The notes under the pieces were generated by a model. It did not search any database, was not told where the DNA came from, and saw only the letters and a program-made list of their open reading frames with translations. From the NCBI GenBank assembly GCA_964630255.1, contig CAZVRP010000002.1:1774-65773 (forward strand): a stretch of 64,000 bases of DNA, in the 5' to 3' direction. Shown here piece after piece: positions 63,161 to 64,000 of the stretch. How positions within the stretch are numbered: the first letter of the stretch is position 1; each line of letters opens with the position of its first letter. The DNA is from an uncultured Oscillospiraceae bacterium (GTDB lineage: Bacteria > Bacillota > Clostridia > Oscillospirales > Oscillospiraceae). A program made the position numbers and the translations under genes.

Positions 63161-64000
63161 CGTGTAAGCAGAACCTGCACACTCATACGACCTTCGATGA
63201 CGGGGCCGGCACCCCGGCGGAGATGGCACGGGCCGCCCTGGCGGCCGGGCTGACCAGTCTTGGCTTTTCCGGTCATAGCCCCATGGCGTATGAAAACGAT
63301 TGGGCCCTGACGGCGGACACGCTCCCGAAATACCGGAGGGAGGTTGAGCGGGTCCGGTCAGCCTATGAGGGCCGTCTGGCCGTCTACTGCGGCCTGGAGT
63401 GGGACGCCTCATCCCCCATGCCTTCCGATGACTATGACTATATCATCGGCTCGCTGCACCTCATCTCCCCGGGAGAGGAGAGCGCCTCCATCGACTATGA
63501 ACCCTCCATCACCCGGGATATACTGGACCGCCGGTTCGGCGGGGACAGCCAGGCCATGGTGCGGGCCTATTTTGACCAGTACGCCGCCTTGGCGGCCGAC
63601 CCCCGCATAGATATCATCGGCCACTTCGACCTCATCACCAAGTTCTGCGAATCGGACGGCCTGTTCGACGCCCACGCTCCCTATCTGCTGCGCTGTGCCA
63701 GACAGGCCATGGAGCCGCTGGCCCGGGCCGGCAAGATATTCGAGGTGAACACCGGGGCCATGGCCCGGGGCCGCCGCTCCGAGCCCTATCCTTCCGTTCC
63801 CCTGCTCCGGACGCTTTTGGATATGGGCGGCCGGGTCACCCTCTCCTCCGACGCCCACAGCGCGGATAAGGTAGCCTATGGCTTTGCCGGAATGGAGCGG
63901 CTTTTGAAGGACATCGGCTTTGCTGAGATATGGATGTATGACGGAAACAGCTTCGTTCCCACAGCGCTTAGTAAGCCTCAAATACAGGGGCGGGCTTGTC
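63157..64000 (+). CDS. hisJ: PHP-family histidinol-phosphatase (HisJ/HisK type), runs to or past the right edge
   Basis: Not in the ORF track because no stop falls within the window. My own translation from the ATG at 63157, which overlaps the hisIE stop, gives MTCKQNLHTHTTFDDGAGTPAEMARAALAAGLTSLGFSGHSP...IIGHFDLITKF...FEVNTGAM...LSSDAHS. Confidence 0.8.
   Translation, partial: MTCKQNLHTHTTFDDGAGTPAEMARAALAAGLTSLGFSGHSPMAYENDWALTADTLPKYRREVERVRSAYEGRLAVYCGLEWDASSPMPSDDYDYIIGSLHLISPGEESASIDYEPSITRDILDRRFGGDSQAMVRAYFDQYAALAADPRIDIIGHFDLITKFCESDGLFDAHAPYLLRCARQAMEPLARAGKIFEVNTGAMARGRRSEPYPSVPLLRTLLDMGGRVTLSSDAHSADKVAYGFAGMERLLKDIGFAEIWMYDGNSFVPTALSKPQIQGRAC

Noticed and set aside
1-64000. A search for CRISPR repeats, tRNA or rRNA genes, transposases, integrases, phage genes and long direct or inverted repeats.
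   Set aside because: - None was seen.
- All intergenic regions are under 300 nt and are explained by promoters, leaders or terminators.
- GC content and codon style are uniform across the window, so there is no sign of a horizontally acquired island.

Overview
This is a 64 kb, roughly 60% GC chromosomal segment from an endospore-forming Clostridia-type Firmicute. The taxon is inferred from gene content and synteny, not from a search. I call about 70 protein genes. I found no rRNA, tRNA, CRISPR array, IS element or prophage. Gene blocks, left to right:

- **1-12.1 kb, minus strand:** the conserved block recN-argR-nadK-tlyA-dxs-ispA-xseB-xseA-nusB-asp23, followed by the complete spoIIIAA-AH sporulation operon.
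- **12.3-18.4 kb, plus strand:** a heterodimeric ABC exporter, then a translationally coupled trio of UDG, DUF2156 and GNAT genes.
- **18.6-22.0 kb:** a TetM/EF-G-like GTPase fused to a Rae1/YacP-type NYN nuclease, coupled to ylmH. This is the most unusual item in the window.
- **22.0-23.5 kb:** spoVAD-spoVAEb.
- **23.9-34.9 kb:** a roughly 9.6 kb minus-strand envelope-polymer operon plus a divergent O-acyltransferase. Its genes are an LtaS-like transferase, a YidC::TagF fusion, a GNAT, a nucleotidyltransferase::PLP-enzyme fusion, an amidohydrolase, a LicA-like kinase and a LicC-like cytidylyltransferase.
- **35.0-40.0 kb:** an overlapping six-gene operon: pdp, a 2-hydroxyacid dehydrogenase, an acyltransferase, DUF3842, a uridine-kinase-like protein and an ECF S-component.
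- **40.1-44.2 kb:** mazF with no antitoxin gene, then alr, a lipoprotein and nnr.
- **44.4-50.0 kb:** pheST, ireB, and a D-cysteine-desulfhydrase-family gene paired with a GNAT.
- **50.2-54.2 kb:** the trimeric [FeFe] hydrogenase hydCBA.
- **55.4-64.0 kb:** a full his operon headed by a YerC/TrpR-like regulator.

Many very long ORFs in the six-frame track are antisense shadows of GC3-rich genes and are rejected. All calls rest on reading the translations and motifs by eye; no database search was run.
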